Under the pieces are notes generated by a model, which ran no database searches, had not been told where the DNA came from, and saw only the letters and a program-made list of their open reading frames with translations. A stretch of DNA of 63,945 nucleotides, the filler included, from Reclinomonas americana ATCC 50394 (taxonomy: Eukaryota): assembly GCA_048213135.1 (NCBI GenBank). It is 8 parts of 4 records of this genome, joined end to end, with 100 filler letters (N's around TTAATTAATTAA, not from the genome) between each part and the next. Parts side by side here need not be neighbours in the genome. Positions count along the whole stretch, not along the records: positions 53,907 to 59,733 come from PS015327.1; positions 59,834 to 62,532 come from PS015327.1; positions 62,633 to 63,945 come from PS015347.1; 5 more parts are not named here. The stretch is one strand, 5' to 3'. The translations under genes were made by a program, and so were the position numbers. Shown here piece by piece: positions 59,340 to 63,945 of this stretch. Position 1 is the first letter of the stretch; every line of letters begins with the position of its first letter.

Positions 59340-59728
59340 GCGAACGACACGATTCGACACGTCCAGCACCCAAACCACGTTCTTGGCAGCGTCGTATGCC
59401 ACATCCCAAGGCTACAGCAAATCCCAGTGAGCGAGCTCTTCCCAGAAAAAAACACATCACCTTCCGTTTCCTCGGTTACTCACCCCGTTGAAAAGCGCCG
59501 CACTGCCAGTACCGTCCGACTGGCCGGCTGTACCAGCTGTTCCTGCAAGCGTGGTGACCACAGCCGCGGGAGAGACCAATCGAACGGTGTTGCTGTCGGT
59601 CTGCATGAACGGGCAAAGGGGTGTCAGCATGTGACAGACGACGACAAGAAGAACACGACAGGAAACGACGCAACATCAGCCACGATCACACTGCCATCGA
59701 CAGTGTATATGTCGAGGCCACTCGGATT
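59340..59728 (-). CDS. Continuation of the fourth NHL gene on an inverted contig
   Basis: Minus strand CACAG|NPSGLDIYTVDGSVIVAD|TDSNTVRLVSPAAVVTTLAGTAGTAGQSDGTGSAALFNG continues ...AARFQ (59220) in phase 0. The lower boundary is approximate. Confidence 0.75.
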
Positions 59729-59866
59729 CTGTGNNNNNNNNNNNNNNNNNNNNNNNNNNNNNNNNNNNNNNNNNNNNTTAATTAATTAANNNNNNNNNNN
59801 NNNNNNNNNNNNNNNNNNNNNNNNNNNNNNNNNAGTAGTAGAGAGAGAGAGAGAGACGAGAGAGAG

Positions 59867-59929
<63 letters not shown>

Positions 59930-60094
59930 CAGAGACACAGGCAGACAAAGGAGGAGTGAGAAGAGACGACGAGACAGAGAGTCGTACGCAGACGGAGAAA
60001 GACTGAGAAAGAGAATGCCTTGAGTTGTCTCGAAGAAGCCCTCTCCACTCATATTCCTTCCCTTCTCTCTCTCTCTCTCTTTGCCTTCTCTCAG

Positions 60095-61399
60095 AACCTG
60101 TCGAAAAGGCCAACTCATCGCGTTGTACCCAGGTCGGTTTGCTCCTTCCTCGTTGCCTTTCTTTGCTCGCTGATTCGTGCATCGCCAGGCACGGTGTATG
60201 CCTCCGGCGATCCGCTGATTCTGCAGAGCATTCGCAACAAGTTCATTCTGCGTCGCAAGGACTATGTGATTGTTGGTGCGCGACGAGTGAGGGATGGAGG
60301 AGGGGAAAGAACGAGTGCAGCTGATGACTTCCGTCTCTTCAGACGGCCGCGATCGAGGGATCTCTGCGTATGCATACAAGAGCTGTCGTTCGCGGGATTA
60401 CGGGTATGGACCGTTTGACGAGTCGTGGCTTCTCCATCATCGCCAGCATCGGCTGATGACGGAGCCGGTGAGTGGTGGAGACGAAGCGCCGCGCTATCGT
60501 TTCGTGCATCCGCTCGGTCTTGGGCACTACATCAACAGTGCGCCTCCCGACAACATGACCGCGAATGTGTCGTATGCGGAGATTGACTTGCCGCTCAGCA
60601 TGGCGCCGGCGTTGCGGCGGCTGGTGCCGTGGGTGTTTTACAACATGGAGTCGTTTCCGCAGGATTATTTGCAGCACACGTTGGTGTGCGGGATGGTGCT
60701 GGTGACTTTGAGAGGTGGGTGGTAAGGAGAGGGAAGGAGGGAAATGGAGGAGAGAGAAAGGAGAGGAGAGGAGAGAAGAGAGAGTGACAGCACACAACAT
60801 TGAAAGTGAGGCATACGGCACACAGTTTTCTCACGGCTTGCGAGGTTGCGTGTTCCTGGAGAGATTACTTGAGCTGCGATTGCTTTTGCTGCTTTCTTGT
60901 GAGTGGTTGTTGCAGCTGTTCTCTGTGACTGTGTGATGGTGAAAGGATGATGCACTTTGGAGAGATTTCGTACATGTGCACCCGGTGAGCGTGGAAAGAT
61001 GCTGTATGTTTCTCTCTCAACCTGTCTGCATGCGGAAAGTTGATGTGACTAATGGTGCTGCACGTTCCCGATTTGGCACTTTGCGTGAACGAGATGCTTG
61101 AGTGTTCTCTGCGTCCGTGAATGTGCAAGGATGGTGCAGCTTGCAGAGATTGTATGTTCATTGTGACCATGGAAGGGTGCTTTTGCGTTTTTCTCTGGTG
61201 CGCTTTGCTGTCAGCGTTGTGTATTTCTTCTCAACTGGATACTTCGGCTCTTCACACCGTTTTGCACATCACTCGCCTTCGCTTTGTGTTGTCTGTGGCC
61301 TTTGACCAATACCGTCCCCGCACAGACGTGCACAACGAAGAACTGCTCTCCGACTACCGCATCCTTGTCGACGACAGCGGCAAGCAGTCGGCCTTTTGA
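60095..61399 (+). CDS. SETD9: SET domain-containing protein 9 homolog (5' end missing)
   Basis: Exons 60095-60132, 60189-60274, 60343-60714 and 61326-61399 give KGQLIALYPGTVY...QSIRNKFILR..DGRDRGIS...YKSC..RD...HPLGLGHYIN...ANVSYAEID...MVLVTLRDVHNEELLSDY, matching the recalled SETD9 motif series (YPGTVY, QSIGNPF, DGNDKGIS, NPLAVGQYVN, ANVCYQE, EELFSNY). Confidence 0.9.
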
Positions 61400-61519
61400 C
61401 GGACGACAGGTTGCAACAAGGACGACAGATACATGGCGACCGGCGATTTCAGATAGAGGAGGAAGACAAGACACACAAAAAATATTCAAAAACAGGCGTT
61501 GGCGACGTCGTCACACGCC

Positions 61520-62532
61520 GCCTATCGCGCAGGGGCGCTGGCGGTGGCGGCGGCGGCGGTACGCGCTGGGCGAAGAATCGGTACACGACTGGCTCCGCGG
61601 CCATTGGCGGGCGGATGAAGCACAGTCGGCCCTGACGGGCTGGCGCTGTTGTAACGGAGACGTGCGTGCTGCTTTGGACGCTGCATGCCAATGCCGATTA
61701 CGGTGCCTGGAATTGGGTGTTTCTGCGCGAGGGAATTTGAATTAGAGGAGGATGGATGGGAGTGAAGAAATGGCAGTCAGCACACGCACCACGCGCAGCA
61801 CGCTGGACATGACACGCGGGGCGGTCTTTTGCAAGTGCGGTGTGAAGCGCGGCGCATCGTCGGCGTCGCTGTACTCGCACAGAACCGGTGCCCATCTCAG
61901 GCGAGATGAAGCTGACGATAGGTGAGGAGCAGCAGATTGGGTTGCTGCGCTGGCGATGGGGTGCTTGGCGAGTGGCGTTTTGGCGGTGAAGGCGACGACT
62001 ACCTCCGCCGGGGCTGGTGAGGCGGGGACAATGGACTTGGCAGGCGACGGCTCTGCCCGCGGCGGTGACGTGGCCTTTGTCGGAGTGGCGGTGGCAACCG
62101 CGGCACCGCTCTGCTCGTCTTGCATCTGGCGGCGTCGCTGTTGCAACAGAACGCGTTCGGCGCGCACCCGAGCGAGCTGCCGCTTCTTGATCTCCAGTGC
62201 CGACAGTCCATCCAGACTCTCGTCTTCTCCATTGGCGCCAACAGGCTCCACAGGAACCGTGGCGGCGGTGGCGGCGGCGGCGGCGGCTGCTGCTGCTGCT
62301 GCCCGACGAGCAGTGAAAGAACCAGGAAGAGGAATGCCAGAGGGCTGTGGGGCGGGGAGGGGGGATGAGAGGAAGAAGGGGATGTGCGTGCGTACATGTT
62401 CAGCAACTACCTTGCTCGACGCTGCTGCCTTGTGCTCCTGCTGTTGCGATGGGGGCGGCGGAGGAGGTGGCGCCACATTCTCCTGCGCGGCGATACCCTC
62501 CAACTCGAGCGGCTTGACCGACATCTCCATCG
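61520..62532 (-). CDS. 3' part of a hypothetical Ala/Pro-rich protein with a short coiled coil
   Basis: Long coding-like frame (LSALEIKKRQLARVRAERVLLQQRRRQ; RLRWAPVLCEY) with plausible introns; no family recognised; ends approximate. Confidence 0.5.
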
Positions 62533-62639
62533 NNNNNNNNNNNNNNNNNNNNNNNNNNNNNNNNNNNNNNNNNNNNTTAATTAATTAANNNNNNNNNNNN
62601 NNNNNNNNNNNNNNNNNNNNNNNNNNNNNNNNTTGTGGA

Positions 62640-63130
62640 GGAACTGACGCTTGATTGCGAAGAGAACGGACAGTAAGAGAGAACAGCGAATGGGTGCTAG
62701 GAAGCAATGGGTGACAGAGAACATCGAGCCAAGAAAGAAATAACCAAGGGACACTTCAAAGGGTCAACACACACTTTAGGAGGAGACACTTCGCAAGAAA
62801 AGCAATTCAAAAACGGTGTGCAGAATGTGACCACTCGCCTGATCTGCATCTATTCAGAGACGACTGCTTTCGAATGCTTCTCTGTTGCCATCTCAGCTAA
62901 GAGTCGACTGTGTGCGCACTCACCGAATTGCAGGCCGGACACTGCACGCGGAACAGAGTTCCATCAAGTGTGGACATGAACTGTTGGAACACGTCCACGG
63001 CACGGATCTGCACGACGCGCGGCTCGTATGGCGACGGGAAGCTGACGTTGCCTCGTGTTGCGAGCGAGAGCGAGGCGGTGAACAGGGCTGCGAACGTGAA
63101 GGCGATAAGAATAATAGTTGCAGAATTCAT
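62640..63130 (-). CDS. 5' exons of a putative secreted protein
   Basis: ATG 63130, MNSATIILIAFTFAALFTASLSLA (signal-peptide-like) ...QCPACNS followed by a GTGAGT donor. Truncated at the linker. Confidence 0.4.
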
Positions 63131-63788
63131 GACGACAAAAGTTAGTCGTCTCTCATTCTCAGTTCCACCCACTCATTCTCCGGCTGTTTTCCCACACTCC
63201 CTCTACCATTCTCTCACATCATTCCGTCACTCACTCACATACTCACTCCCTCAGTACCCATCAGTATATATCCTTGCTCTCCAACCCCTCCGTTCTGGTT
63301 CTACTCGTCTTCCCTTGTTCCCTCATTCACTCCCATTATCTCTCTCTCTCGCACTTGTTCACACTCGCAATGCACTATACACACATACTCTTGATCACTT
63401 ACACCCACACTCACTCACTCACTCACCCACCCACCCGATAAGCCGCTCACTCTCTCATGCACTTTCTTCCACTTTCTCTCTCTCTCTCTTTCTCACTCAC
63501 TCTCTCACTTTTTCCCTCGCTTCCTCCCTCCCTCACTCTCACTCTCTCTCTCTCTCTCACTCACTCTCTCACTCACTCACTCACTCACTCCCTCACTCAC
63601 TCACTCCCTCCCTCCCTTTCTCCCTCCCTCCCTCCCTCCCTCACTCACACAATCCCGTCCTCTCATTCGTTCCCGTCTTTCCTCTTTCTCCGCTCCTTTC
63701 TTTACTCCGTCATTCACGGCACGCACTGTCGACATGTCTCGTGCATTCAATTACTAAATCACTCACCCCTGCATTGACCGTTTCCCAT

Positions 63789-63945
<157 letters not shown>

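Overview
Draft-assembly window from an intron-rich, GC-rich eukaryote (protist-like; the lineage cannot be determined from sequence alone). It has many short introns (mostly about 55-90 nt), abundant (CT)n/(GA)n/(CA)n tracts, many N gaps and seven artificial 100-bp linkers (44N-TTAATTAATTAA-44N). Manual splicing supports about 12-14 genes: a large WD40-like/coiled-coil protein; three close paralogs and one distant relative of a secreted protein built from FN3 domains with nested NHL propellers, cadherin-like and IPT-like domains and two PAN/Apple domains; a protein with a tandemly duplicated unknown domain; a small multipass membrane protein; a Frag1/DRAM/Sfk1 protein; a Pmp3/RCI2 proteolipid; a full-length but very divergent DDB1-like protein; a SIKE/FGFR1OP2-like coiled-coil protein; an AT-hook protein; and SETD9. 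The most unusual signals concern splicing: a Pmp3 gene that appears to need a 1-nt exon followed by a 3-nt exon (one Ala codon split over three exons), a recurrent GTTGCG(T) 5' splice site, and GT/GC donor switching between paralogs. All gene models are manual inferences without RNA evidence, and family calls rest on recalled motifs, not database searches.
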